Assembly: GCF_006345805.1 (NCBI RefSeq)
Contig: NC_043004.1
Location: forward strand, 32,674,001-32,738,000
Origin: Octopus sinensis
Taxonomy: Eukaryota
Length of the DNA stretch: 64,000 bases
Direction: 5' to 3'
Below, piece by piece: positions 1-11,560 of this stretch. The translations under genes and the position numbers were made by a program. Positions within the stretch are counted from its first letter, which is position 1; each line of letters starts with the position of its first letter. Under the pieces are notes generated by a model, which did no database searches, was not told where the DNA came from, and saw only the letters and a program-made list of their open reading frames with translations.

Positions 1-179
1 CCTTAAATGCTAAGCGATATTCCTAGAGATAGCAGATAATTTCTGTTACTTAAACAATGCTATTAACAATGGAAGAGGATCTTCTGAAGGGATGAAATAA
101 AAAGATCAAAGGTCATTCCCGAGCCAGAAGATCATAAGGCCAGTTTCCTCTATTCTGTGACATATAAATTCCCTCCTTG

Positions 180-347
180 ACTGGAGCACTGGTTCATCAT
201 AGAATTGCTCATTTTGACCAGCTGAGTGAACTGGAACAATGTGAAATATTTTGCACAAGAACACAATGCATCACCCTGTCCAGGTATTGAAACCACAATC
301 TTCCAGCCACAAGTGCAACACCCTTACCACTAAGCCACAAGCCTTCA
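180..347 (-). mobile_element. tRNA-derived SINE (family C), old CpG-decayed copy
   Basis: Alignable to copies at 26040-26220 and 63425-63558 (GTGAAAT..TTGC.CAAGAACACAA..GAAACCAC..ACCACTAAGCCAC); the CpGs of those copies are TG/CA here. Confidence 0.7.
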
Positions 348-571
348 AGTTTTAAAAACATAGCTGTTAAAAAAGTTATTATCTCTGTTGTAGCAAAAGG
401 TCTCCCTTTCTCAAAGTTAGAAGACAAATTATATAATGGTTGTGTATGAACCACAATGTGACATGGTAGAGAAATGATGGCTCTGAATGCAGAGAAAGTG
501 TGGGAACCAGAGAGAAATGAAACATTCATGGTTTGCTGCATGTGAAATGTCAGTGTACAAAGGTGCTGAGA

Positions 572-982
572 GTAAAACTATATGGCTCAGAAACCTGGAC
601 ATTATCAAAGAAGCTTGAGAGGTGGTTGGATGGAGCTTACACTCACCTCCTTATGAGAGCTCAAAATCTCTCATGGAAGCGTCATCCAACCAAAGTACAA
701 ATATATGGGAAATTACCACCTGTATCATCTCTTGTGAAAGGTAGAAGAGTTCAGTTTGCTGAACATTGTTGTAGAGCTGAAAACGAGGTAATTTCTACTC
801 TTCTCCTCTGGAAGCCATCTGCTCGCGATACCAGAGGGTGCACACTCTCCTACCCTAATGTAATCTCCAGGGATACAGGCATCCAGCAACAGGACCTACC
901 TAATGCTATGATGGACCATGAAGTCTGGTGTAACATAGTAAATGCCATTGTTTCAACCACGGTCGAACAATGATGATGATGA
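572..982 (+). mobile_element. 5'-truncated RTE-like LINE, RT C-terminus and (TGA)n tail
   Basis: Translation LYGSETWTL...RRVQFAEHCCR is the typical non-LTR RT C-terminus; the stop at 971-973 runs into a TGATGATGATGA tail. Confidence 0.85.
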
Positions 983-1510
983 AAACAGGGTATTAGAGGA
1001 AGAAGATGTAGGGTATGTGATGCACATTGATGAGGGCAGCTTTATAAAGAAGTGCTGATCGTTTAATATGGATGGAAGCTGTGGAAGATGTGAGACAAAG
1101 TATTGTAAACCAATCTCAGGCTGTTGAGCCCCAAAGAAGATTTTTCGAAGGACCAAAATGATTGGTAGTTCACTGACCATCATGAAAATATTAAATGAAT
1201 GATTCTCTCTTGAAGGATTTGGGAGCAGAAGGAAAGTTGGTGGTGATGGTCAGATTGTGGAAACGGCAATAGTTTGGCTCTGATTTCATGCTGCAAAACC
1301 TGTATTCTTACTTGTTGGGGTAAGGTGGATTGAACACTGGCCTTTGGGAGAGAAAGTTCCTGAGATGTATATCTATAATATATATGTGTATATATACATG
1401 TATGTGTATGTATGTATGCACATGTGTATATTTATATAGGTATATTGGTTTATATATATATTTGTACACACACACATATGTATTTATATATGTGTGTCTG
1501 TGTGTGTGTT

Positions 1511-1660
1511 AGCGTTAGGAAGGGCATCCAGCTGTAAAAAACATTGTCAGATCAGACTGGTGACTGGTGCAGCCTCTTAGCTTTTCAGACCCCAGTCAAA
1601 CCATCCAACCCATGCCAGCATAGAAAACGGATGTTAATCAATGATGATGATGATAATGAT
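1511..1660 (+). mobile_element. 3' end of RTE-like LINE (family of 6623-7920)
   Basis: GCGTTAGGAAGGGCATCCAG...CCAACCCATGCCAGCAT...(GAT)n is the reverse complement of 2002-2160 and 6623-6780. Confidence 0.8.
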
Positions 1661-2001
1661 GTATAATCATAAAGAAGAATGGAGAATTATAGATTTCCAA
1701 AACTCATTTATGGATTGGAATCAAATATGAATTTAAATTAGAATGATACTGTAGCAGACAATTTTACAAGTTGTCTAATTCTCCATTCTCTTTATGATGT
1801 CTTAATTATACACTCTGTATGCCGTATGAAATCCAGTGTAATGAATTCAGGAGTTACCCATCGAGTGAAGTTCCATGTAATTATTTATCTTAAACAATGC
1901 TATAGGCTCTCTATCATTCAATATGGTTAGCCAGATGTGGATTGTATCAGGGTACTAATAGGGTACCTGCCTGGATTCCAAATCCCTATTCACTTTTGTT
2001 G

Positions 2002-2340
2002 TCATCATCATCATCATCATCGTTTAACGTCCGCTTTCCATGCTGGTATGGGTTGGATGGTTTGGCTGAGGTCTAGAAAGCCAGAAGGCTGTACCAAGCT
2101 CCAATCTGATCTGGCAAAGTTTCTACCGTTGGATGCCCTTCCTAACGCCAACCACTCCAAGAGTGTAGTGGGTGCTTTTATGTGTCACCAGCATGAGGGC
2201 CAGTCAGGCGGTTCTGGCAATGACCATGCTCAAAAGGTGTTTTTTATGTGCTACCTGCACAGGAGTCAGTCCAGCGGCACTGGCAATGACCATGCTTGAA
2301 TGTTGTTTTTCATGTGCCGGTAAGGTGATGCTGGCAACAA
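2002..2340 (-). mobile_element. 3' UTR fragment of RTE-like LINE with (GAT)n tail
   Basis: Homologous to 6623-6900, including the short internal tandem subunits. Confidence 0.8.
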
Positions 2341-2499
2341 GAGTATAGTAAAACTGATATAAGTGTATGTGTGTGTGAGTATAAATCTTTGTCTTTTGCA
2401 CTTTATCGCTTACTGGTTTCAGCTAAATGCTGGGGCCATGCTGGAGCACTGCCTTTCAGTGTGTTTGGTTATCCTTTCTGTGCTGTTTTATGTGTAGGA

Positions 2500-2890
2500 A
2501 CAAGTTAGATGGAGCAACCCTTTGTTGTGCCTACTGCTGTGCTGTGGGTTCATCTTAAATTTTGAGATAGAAATATGTCCAGATGCTTTTTGAAGGTTTC
2601 CACATCTACACCTCACAAATCTCTTAGGTTCTTTAGCAGGATGTTTAACAGTTGGGGTCCCCTGAAACACAAGATGTTGCAATACTGGGCCCTTATTTGA
2701 AATGGAGAAGATGAGATCTTTGGTATTATGCAGTGCCATCCAGTTTGGTGGTTGGTATAGCTTTTAGTTCCAAAGTTGGGAGGTAGACCTTCCAGGATCT
2801 TCCATATGTACATCACTGCATACCTTTCTCACTCTCTCTCTAGGGAGTAGAGCTTCACTTCTTGTATCCTCTCCCAGTTGCTCATCCGTT
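2500..2890 (-). mobile_element. CR1/L2-group LINE 3' coding fragment (decayed)
   Basis: Translation KLYSLER..ERYAVMYIWKILEGLPPNFG...FRGPQLLNILLKNLRDL matches the CR1-group C-terminal pattern; contains stops. Confidence 0.75.
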
Positions 2891-3740
2891 TCACTGAGCC
2901 AATCTCCTTTGTGTAGTGGCACTGGATTACCTCAAGTTCTGCTGTCAGTTCGACCGTCTGTCACCAGTTCAACCACAGTTGAGAGCAGTCATTCAGATAT
3001 CTGAGAAAAAGTTCTCTATAGGAGTAGCAAAGTACCCTTATTTCTGGTTCTGAATGATCTAAGGATCCATCCATCTAATCACTTACACAATGTTTCCCCC
3101 TTGGTAATTTTCACACATATATATATGCATAGCTTAATACATTGTTTGTTTTGGAGTGTACTCCTGCCCCCTACATTTTTGTTACTTAATCCCTCTTTTT
3201 TCCCTTTTCTTTGTTTCCTTGTAATTAAAAAGTGTGTAAATTGTTGTGTGTGCTTGTATTGGTGAGGGTATATAAATATATGTACTCTCATACGCATAAA
3301 CACACACAGATAGATAGCTGGATGGTTGGATGGATGGAAGAAAATTAGATGATGAAAGAATGTACAATTATGTTATGAACTTCAGCTAACGAAGTCCACA
3401 AGATAATCATTTATTCCTTTATTATCTCATTAAGTACTGGGGCCAATACAGTTGACTTACTCCTACCCCTAACCCCAACACTGCCAGCCTTGTGCCAAAA
3501 TTTGAAACTATTATCATCATCCTTCTTCTTCTTCTTCTTCTTCTTCTTCTTCTTCTTCTTCTTCTTCTTCTTTATTCCCATTCCTATCTACATGTTGCTT
3601 CATTCACACTCCTCTTAACACACATTATTCTTCATAGCTTCCATATTTTCCTAAACCATTAAGCCATCTAAATTCTTTAATCTCCCAATTCAGAAATCTG
3701 TAATCTCCTAGACCATGTCATAAATTACATTATAATACTT

Positions 3741-3838
<98 letters not shown>

Positions 3839-3900
3839 CATACTATATAGTATATAGTTTTGCATAACAATAAACTATTGGTAACATGTATGTATGTATG

Positions 3901-4105
3901 CATCTGTGTTTGTCCCGACCACCATTATTTGACAACTGATGATGATGTGCTTACATCCCTGTAACTTAGCAGTTCAGCAAAACAGACTGATAGAATAAGT
4001 ACAAGGCTTACAATGAATAAATCCTGTGGTCGATTTGTTCAACTAAAGGCAGTGCTCCAGCATGGCTGCTGTTAAATGACTAAAACAAGTAAAAAGAAAC
4101 AGAAA
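3901..4105 (+). mobile_element. SINE family A, 3' half, CpG-decayed
   Basis: Alignable to 26590-26795 (GTAACTTAGC..GATAGAATAAGTAC..CTCCAGCATGG..AAACAAGTAAAA). Confidence 0.8.
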
Positions 4106-4216
4106 ACATGTATATATATAAATGGCGGTGCCCCAGCATGGCCACAGCTCATTAGCTGAAACTGGAAAAATCAAAAATCAAAATCAAATCATATATATAT
4201 ATATATATATATATAC

Positions 4217-4541
4217 ACAAAATTTAAAGGACTGACCACTAAAAGCGGATGGTCAATATGCTAGATATAGACGTCAAAATCGCTATTTTCCACAAAGAAT
4301 GTGTTCTCAAATAAAACTCAGCACAAACCAATGTGTAAAAAATAAGCAAGACAAATGACAATATACGAAATAATAACGATTATTATTTCGTATATTTTCA
4401 TTTGTCTTGCTTATTTTTTACACTTTGGTTCTGTGCTGAGTTTTTATTTGAGAACACATTCTTTGTGGAAAATAGCGATTTTGACGTCTATATCTAGCAT
4501 ATTGACCTTCCACTTTTAGTGGTCAGTCCTTTAAATTTTGT
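4217..4541. repeat. Fold-back inverted repeat, about 160-bp arms, 3-nt loop
   Basis: 4217-4376 is the near-exact reverse complement of 4380-4541; starts at a (TA)n run. Confidence 0.95.
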
Positions 4542-4634
4542 ATGTAAAAATATTTTAATCTTTGGATTTCTTTAATATGCTAGGCCACTGGTTTTAATTG
4601 ATTAATATCAATTTCTACCCTTATTCAATTTTAT

Positions 4635-4665
<31 letters not shown>

Positions 4666-4669
<4 letters not shown>

Positions 4670-4875
4670 GTGGCCCAAAAGTAGGTTTACAGTTATCACG
4701 TAGGCACTTTAAATTTCTTTTAAAACATTTTATTACATTTAAATTTCTATCTTACAATTAACTAAATTAACAGAATAATGGTTTCATATTTTTTTATAAT
4801 TAAGATCTAAACTCCTCATATATGAATGTGAAAGAGATATTTGAATAACTGTATACCTAGTTTTGGGCCAGCCTG
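4666..4875. mobile_element. Tc1/mariner-type MITE
   Basis: About 30-bp TIRs (CATGGTGGCCCAAAAGTAGGTTTACAGTT / AACTGTATACCTAGTTTTGGGCCAGCCTG), with TA at the right end. Confidence 0.7.
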
Positions 4876-5004
4876 TACACACACACACACACACACACAA
4901 ACAAATATATCCACATATTTGTTGATATATACACATGTAGATACACATACCTATGTATATAATATCTATGTACACTATGTGTCAGATTGTGTTTCTGTGT
5001 GTAT

Positions 5005-5418
5005 ATACTCTTTTACTTGTTTCAGTCATTTGACTGCGGCCATGCTGGAACACCGCCTTTAGTCGAGCAAATCGACCCCGGGACTTATTCTTTGTAAGCC
5101 CAGTACTTATTCTATCGGTCTGTTTTGTCGAACCGCTAAGTGGCGGGGATGTAAACACACCAGCATCGGTTGTCAAGCAATGCTAGGGGGACAAACACAG
5201 ACACACAAATATATACACATACATACATATATATGTATATATATTCATATATACGATGGGCTTCTTTCAGTTTCCGTCTACCAAATCTACTCACAAGGCA
5301 TTGGTCGGCCCGGGGCTATAGCAGAAGACACTTGCCCAAGATGCCACGCAGTGGGACTGAACCTGGAACCATGTGGTTGGTAAGCAAGCTACTTACCACA
5401 CAGCCACTTCTGCGCCTA
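5005..5418 (-). mobile_element. SINE family A, full length with internal microsatellite
   Basis: tRNA-like head (GGCTGTGTGGTAAGTAGC...GGTTCAGTCCC), internal (TA/CA)n spacer and conserved 3' half. Confidence 0.9.
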
Positions 5419-5819
5419 TATATTTATATATATATATATATATTATATATATTATATATATATATATATCATATCTGTGTATGTATCTCTGTGTATTTAT
5501 ATTTATGTATATTATATGTCAGTTTTTGTGTATGTCTGTGATATGCTTGTAACTATCTGTGTGTGTATTTGTATCGGGGTTGCAGGAACATTCAGCTGTC
5601 CACTTCTAAGACCAATTCCTGGTCCATGGATGTCTTTAGGTGTGTCCAGTTTGTTGTTAGCAATAAAAACAGGCTCTTGGTTGAGGTTGATCATGGTTAC
5701 ATGATTCACTAACACCCTCTATACTTCACTTGTTGCCAAAATTATAACAGTACTTGAGGGTGTTGAAAAGTTCTTGACTTTGGGTAAAAGAAAATACAAG
5801 AAGATCAGTAAATTAGGAT

Positions 5820-5970
5820 TTTGTGTGGTAAGTAGCTTGCTTACCAACCACATGGTTCCGGGTTCAGTCCCACTGCGTGGCACTTTGGGCAAGTGTCTTC
5901 TACTATAGCCTTGGGCCGACCAAAGCCTTGTGAGTGGATTTGGTAGACGGAAACTCAAAGAAGCCCGTCG

Positions 5971-6015
<45 letters not shown>

Positions 6016-6025
6016 TATATATAAT

Positions 6026-6070
<45 letters not shown>

Positions 6071-6285
6071 TTGTGTGTCTGTTTGTCCTCCCAACATCGC
6101 TTGACAACTGATGCTGGTGTGTCTATGTCCCTGTAACTTAGCAGTTCGGAAAAAGAGAACCGATAGAATAAGTACTAGGCTTACAAAGAATAAGTCCTGG
6201 GGTCGATTTGCTCGACTAAAGGCGGTGCTCCAGCATGACCACAGTCAAATGACTGAAACAAGTAAAAAGAGAAAAAAGAGAAAGA
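5820..6285 (+). mobile_element. SINE family A, full length
   Basis: Same head / microsatellite / 3' half organisation as 5005-5418, opposite strand. Confidence 0.9.
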
Positions 6286-6556
6286 GATATTCCCCTCTTG
6301 AAAATACATAATTTTTGCAGCAGCCCTTCAGTTTTTGTAAGTCCTGTAAAAGAACTTGGAAGGCTGGGCCCCCAACCAGGCCTTTCACAATAATGGTGAA
6401 TCATGGAACCATGATCAACCTCAAACAAAAATCTGTTTTTATTCCTAACAACAGACTGGACACGCCTAATGACATCCATGGACCAGGAAATGATCTTAAA
6501 AGTGGACAGTATAATGTGCCTGCAACCCGGAAGTACACAGATACATAAATGTATGT

Positions 6557-6622
<66 letters not shown>

Positions 6623-6625
<3 letters not shown>

Positions 6626-7920
6626 TCATCATCATCATCATCGTTTAACGTCCGTTCTCCATGCTAGCATGGGTTGGACGGTTCGACCGGGGATCTGGGA
6701 AGCCAGAAGGCTGCACCAGGCTCCAGTCTTATCTGGCAATGTTTCTACAGCTGGATGCCCTTCCTAACGCCAACCACTCCGTGAGTGTAGTGGGTGCTTT
6801 TTACGTGCCACCTGTACAGGTGCCAGACGAGGCTGGCAATGGCCACGGTCGGATTGGTGTATTTTATGTGCCACTGGCACGGAAGCCAGTCGAGGCGGCG
6901 CTGGCATTGGCCACGAGTCGCATAGTGCTTTTTACGTACCACCAGACCAGGGATCCTGGCTGGTTCAATTCGATTTCGATTTCGCTTGCCCCAACATGTC
7001 TTCGCAAGCAAAGGGGGTTGGCATGGGTGCCTGTCGTACGGTTGGATTAGTGTATTTTATGTGCCACCGGCACGGAAGCCACTGGAGGCGGCACTGGCAT
7101 CGGCCACGAGTCGGATAGTGCTTTTTACGTACCACCAGACCAGGGATCCTGGCTGGTTCAGTTCGATTTCGATTTCGCTTTCGCTTGCCCCAACATGTCT
7201 TCGCAAGCAGAGGGGGTTGGCATGGGTGCCTGTCATCGGATGAGGTTCTATATTGACTTCGCTTGCCTCAACAGGTCTTTGTGTCCAAGGGAGGAAAGGC
7301 ATTCATAAGTGGGCTGGGCTCACTTGTCCTGCCTGGTCTTCTCACGTACAGCATATTTCCAAAGGTCTCGGTCGCTGGTCATTTCCTCAGTGAGGCCTAA
7401 AGTTCGAAGGTCGTGCTTCACCACCTTGTCCCAGGTTTTCCTGGGTCTACCTCTTCCATGGGTTCCCTCAACTGCTAGGGATTGGCACTTTTTCACACAC
7501 CTATCTTCATCCATTCTCGCCACATGACCATACCAGCGCAATCGTCTCTCTTGCACACAACTGATGCTCCTTAGGTCCAACATTTCTCTCAGGGTACTAA
7601 CACTCTGTCGAGCATGCACACTGACATTACACATCCATCGGAGCATACTGGCTTCATTTCTCGCGAGCTTACGCATGTCTTCAGCAGTCATGGCCCATGT
7701 TTCACTGCCATGTAGCATGGCTGTTCGTACACATGCATCATACAGTCTGCCTTTTACTCTGAGCGAGAGGCCTTTAGTCACCAACAGAGGTAAGAGCTCC
7801 CTAAACTTTGCCCAAGCTATTCTTACTCTAGCCGTTACACTTTCAGCACACCCACCCCCACTACTGACTTGGTCACCAAGATAACGGAAGCTATCAACTA
7901 CTTCTAGTTTTTTCCCCTGG
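6623..7920 (-). mobile_element. 5'-truncated RTE-like LINE: RT C-terminal ORF remnant (7320-7920), long 3' UTR, (GAT)n tail
   Basis: Translation LEVVDSFRYLGD...MLHGSETWAM...RRLRWYGHVARM...RGRPRKTW is a classic RTE RT C-terminus, uninterrupted for about 200 codons. Confidence 0.92.
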
Positions 7921-7934
7921 AAAATGACGATATA

Positions 7935-8060
7935 TATATGACAGGCTTCTTCCAGTTTCCGTCTACCAAATCCACTCACAAGGCTTTGGTTGGCCTGAGA
8001 CTATAGTAGAAGACATCTGTCCAAGGTGTCAGGCAGTGGGACTGAACCTGGAGCCATACT
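7935..8060 (-). mobile_element. SINE family A head, CpG-decayed
   Basis: Matches the family A 5' half; supplies the spurious N-terminus of ORF 7320-7979. Confidence 0.8.
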
Positions 8061-8565
8061 TTTTACCATGCTGCCCCTTTTTTTAATGAATAAAACAAAA
8101 ATGACCTTATTCTCTTAATAAAGAAATCTTCACTGTCTTTGACCGTCTGCTGGCAGAGGTTGCAGAAGCAATGGGACATTGGGTTACCTCATCCTGGCTA
8201 TCTCATCCCACTTATTTTCTTAGTTCAATTCCACCAGGTTCTACTTGGCATTTACTTCGTCTGAGTCTCAGATAAAAAATTTTAAAAATGAACAAAACCT
8301 AACAACAAAAAATAACAGAAAACAAAACACACACGCTTAAAACAGTGCTGTGGGGCTTGGTTTCAAGTGTCTGTATTCTTTATCCTAGGTAAGAATCCAT
8401 AGATTAATATGCAGTTTATAAGCATAAAGATGGGAAAGTAAATTGCGATAGATGTGAGGAATGGTGATTGTGACAACCCAAAATTTCATTAAAAGAACAT
8501 TAAAAAAACAAAACAAAAACACTCGTTGATTATTCCACATCCACAGATATCTACTTGTAAAATAT

Positions 8566-8972
8566 CTATTTCTTTACTACCCTCAAGGGGCTTAACACAG
8601 AGAGGACAGACAAACGGATTAAGTCGATTATATCGACCCCAGTGCGTAACTGGTACTTCTTTAATCGACCCCGAAAGGATGAAAGGCAAAGTCGACCTCG
8701 GGAGAATTTGAACTCAGAACGTAGTGGCAGACGAAATACCTATTTCTTTACTATTCACAAGGGGCTAAACATAGAGGGGACAAACAAGGACAGACAAACG
8801 GATTAAGTCGATTACATCGACTCCAGTGCGTAACTGGTACTTAATTTATCGACCCTGAAAGGATGAAAGGCAAAGTCGACCTCGGCGGAATTTGAACTTA
8901 GAACGTAACGGCAGACGAAATACCGCTAAGCATTTCGCCCGGCGTGCTAACGATTCTGCCAGTTCGCCGCCC
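8566..8972 (-). mobile_element. SINE family B, dimeric copy with 16-bp TSD
   Basis: TSD TCTACTTGTAAAATAT at 8550-8565 and 8973-8988. The central GCCTTTCATCCTTTC.GGGTCGATAAA..AAGTACCAG resembles the Deu/Nin SINE domain (recalled, not searched). Confidence 0.9.
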
Positions 8973-9174
8973 TCTACTTGTAAAATATATTCCAGCGATA
9001 TCTGAAGCATTTCAGAAATAGCAGCTGATGTATACCGTTCTAATATGCTAAACCCAGCAACGAACACCGTTGAGCAATTAGAAAGATTTCCGTGACGTTA
9101 AATATGTGAACGTTGTGTACATTGGTTGTATGAAATTATGGGAGGTCTGCGTCGTCACTTCCGGTTTCTATCTC

Positions 9175-9580
9175 TCTTATTTCTTTTACGTGTTTTAGTT
9201 ATTAGACTGTGGCCATGCTGGGGCATCGTCTTGAAGAATTTTTAGTCTCATGAATCGACCCCAGTACTTTTTTTTTTGAAAGCCTGGTACTTATTCTATC
9301 AGTCCGTTAGGCCGAACCGCTAAGTTACGGGGAGACAAACATTGGTTGTCAAGCGGTGGCAGAGACACATACAAAGATATATAAATGCATACACACACAC
9401 ACACATATATATATACATACACGACGGGCTTCTTTCAGTTTCCGTCCACCAAATCTATTGAAAAGGTTTTGGTCGGTCCGAGGCTGTAGTAGAAGACACT
9501 TACCCAAGGTGCCACGCAGTGGGACTGAACCCAGAATTATGTGGTTGGGAAGCAAACTTCTTACCATATAACCACTGCTG
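9175..9580 (-). mobile_element. SINE family A
   Basis: Head, microsatellite spacer and 3' half present; CpGs mostly intact. Confidence 0.85.
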
Positions 9581-10164
9581 TACTTTTTGCAATTTTCTTT
9601 CATTATTTTCAGGATAATTTCCTTAGACTTTTTACGACTTTAAACTGCATGTTAACCGGAAACCATATCGCTGCTGTGATTACCAGGAAATTCGAGTCTG
9701 TAGACAATTTTCGTGAATGCATTTGGGCAGGGCATGAAGTCACTACCTCCCATGAACTATTCTCAATATCTGTGTTCCTCTGATTAATTATCTGTATTCT
9801 GTTATTACGTGTCCTCGGAGAGTATATTTCAATGAGACTGGTTTATATTATTAATAGAAATAATTGTTTAATCATTCGTGTCTCTGAGTTGTTCCTGAAA
9901 CAGAGAGACTTGATGTCACTCGGAATCAGGCGATCACGACAAGTAATTGGTTTGATATAAAAACGTATAAAACCCGATCCATTTTGCTTTATAGAGTTAA
10001 AGGAGATCCTATAAGCAGGCAGGAAAAATTAGGAAGATTCACAAGGGAGTTGGGGCCGAATGCAGGGCCTTGATGGATGCTTCCATCGCTTTTTAAGCAA
10101 TGACATCATCATCATCATCATCATCCTTGTCATTACCACCACCACCACCAGCAACTTTGGGGGA

Positions 10165-10337
10165 GAGGTTAAGTCGATTACACGGAACCCCAGTGCTCAG
10201 CTGGTATTTGTTTTATCGATCCCGAGGGGATGAAAGGCAAAGTCGACCTGGGTGGAGTTTGAACTTAGAATGTAAAGACGGATGAAATGCCGCTGAGCAT
10301 TTTGTCCGGTATTCTAACGATTCTGCCAGCTTGCCGT
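10165..10337 (-). mobile_element. SINE family B-related, diverged
   Basis: GATGAAAGGCAAAGTCGACC and GATTCTGCCAGCTTGCCG head remnants. Confidence 0.75.
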
Positions 10338-11344
10338 GATAGTAATATTCATGATGATGATGATAGTTGTGTCAGATGTTGGCGATGATGGCAGTGGTGT
10401 TGGTGACGTCGGTAACAATAGCAGTGAATGCGCCGTGGCAGTGTTCCGATCTTCCTACGATTAATGATTATCTCATATTTTGCCATTCGGAGTATTTTCC
10501 ATCCTTCAGGTGATCGGAGAATTTCCAATTTCTGTACTGCCGCTAAATTTGATTTGATTTAATTACCGTCGATTAATTAATTCCGTTGGGTTTTATTTAT
10601 TCCTGCCCTCTGATCTCTCGTATGATTATTTGCTCTGTCTGATGAAATATTACCTTTCTTCGTTGACATGTTTATTGACGATATTTTATAGACTTCCAGA
10701 ATCGGGAGGTCATCTCTCTTACCAGATGAATTTACCATTTAGTTCTGATTCTCGGCTGTTGTTTCACTTTGATAGATAATAAATTGGATTCATAAAAGAC
10801 ATGAATGTCACAACTTTCAATTTCTCCTTTCATATTAATGCCAACATTCTTCAATAAAAACTTAACTTTTACATTCTCAATGATACACAGCGGTACGGTT
10901 CTGTAGTAACAACTTACGAACAGTCTGGACAGTGAGCTGAAGAAGACATTAAAAATACAAAAAAAAAAAAGAAAAAGAGAGAATTGACAGCATCCCAGAG
11001 ATCGATTACTACAAAAAAAGGGCTAGGGGTGGGGCATGTTAGGGTTTGATTATTGGGGATCAGCTATAAAAGAACTTTCCTTTCAATGCCGTTGTGAGGA
11101 CTACATCATTTATCTTAATTTATTATTATTATTTTTAGCCCAACATATGACTTGCCATTGAGGTTTTATTGTTCTACCTTCCCAATCCGAATTTTTACCT
11201 TCCGAGTTCAAATTCTGCATCGGTCAACTTTGCCATTTATCCCTCGATTGTCCCCAGTCGCGTACTGGGGACAATTGTTCCAACCAATTGTTAACCCTCT
11301 CCCTCAGAACTGTTGGTTTTGCGCCTAAATCAGAAACCATTAAA

Positions 11345-11560
11345 GACAGAGAGCTGGCAGAATCGGCAGAGCGTCGAACAAAAAGCCTTGCGATATTTAT
11401 TCCATCTTTTTACATTCTGTGTTCAGTTTTCACCAAGAACAAGTTTGCCTCCGGACTCTATAAAATATGGTTACCAGTCAAGTACTGGGATCGATGGCTT
11501 CGACCAATCCCACATTCTCCTTCCAAGACTGATGACCTTGTGCTTAAATCACAAGCCATT
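11345..11560 (+). mobile_element. SINE family B-related, highly diverged
   Basis: GAGCTGGCAGAATCG head and AAGTACTGGGATCGAT core remnants. Confidence 0.55.

Noticed and set aside
5170-5541. Recurrent ORFs such as RHLPKVPRSGTEPGTMWL or RPRKDERQSRPRRNLNSER
   Set aside because: They are translations of SINE families A and B, not a gene family.
7921-7979. N-terminal extension of the RTE ORF as a SINE-LINE fusion protein
   Set aside because: Chance open frame through an adjacent SINE head, using a non-ATG start.
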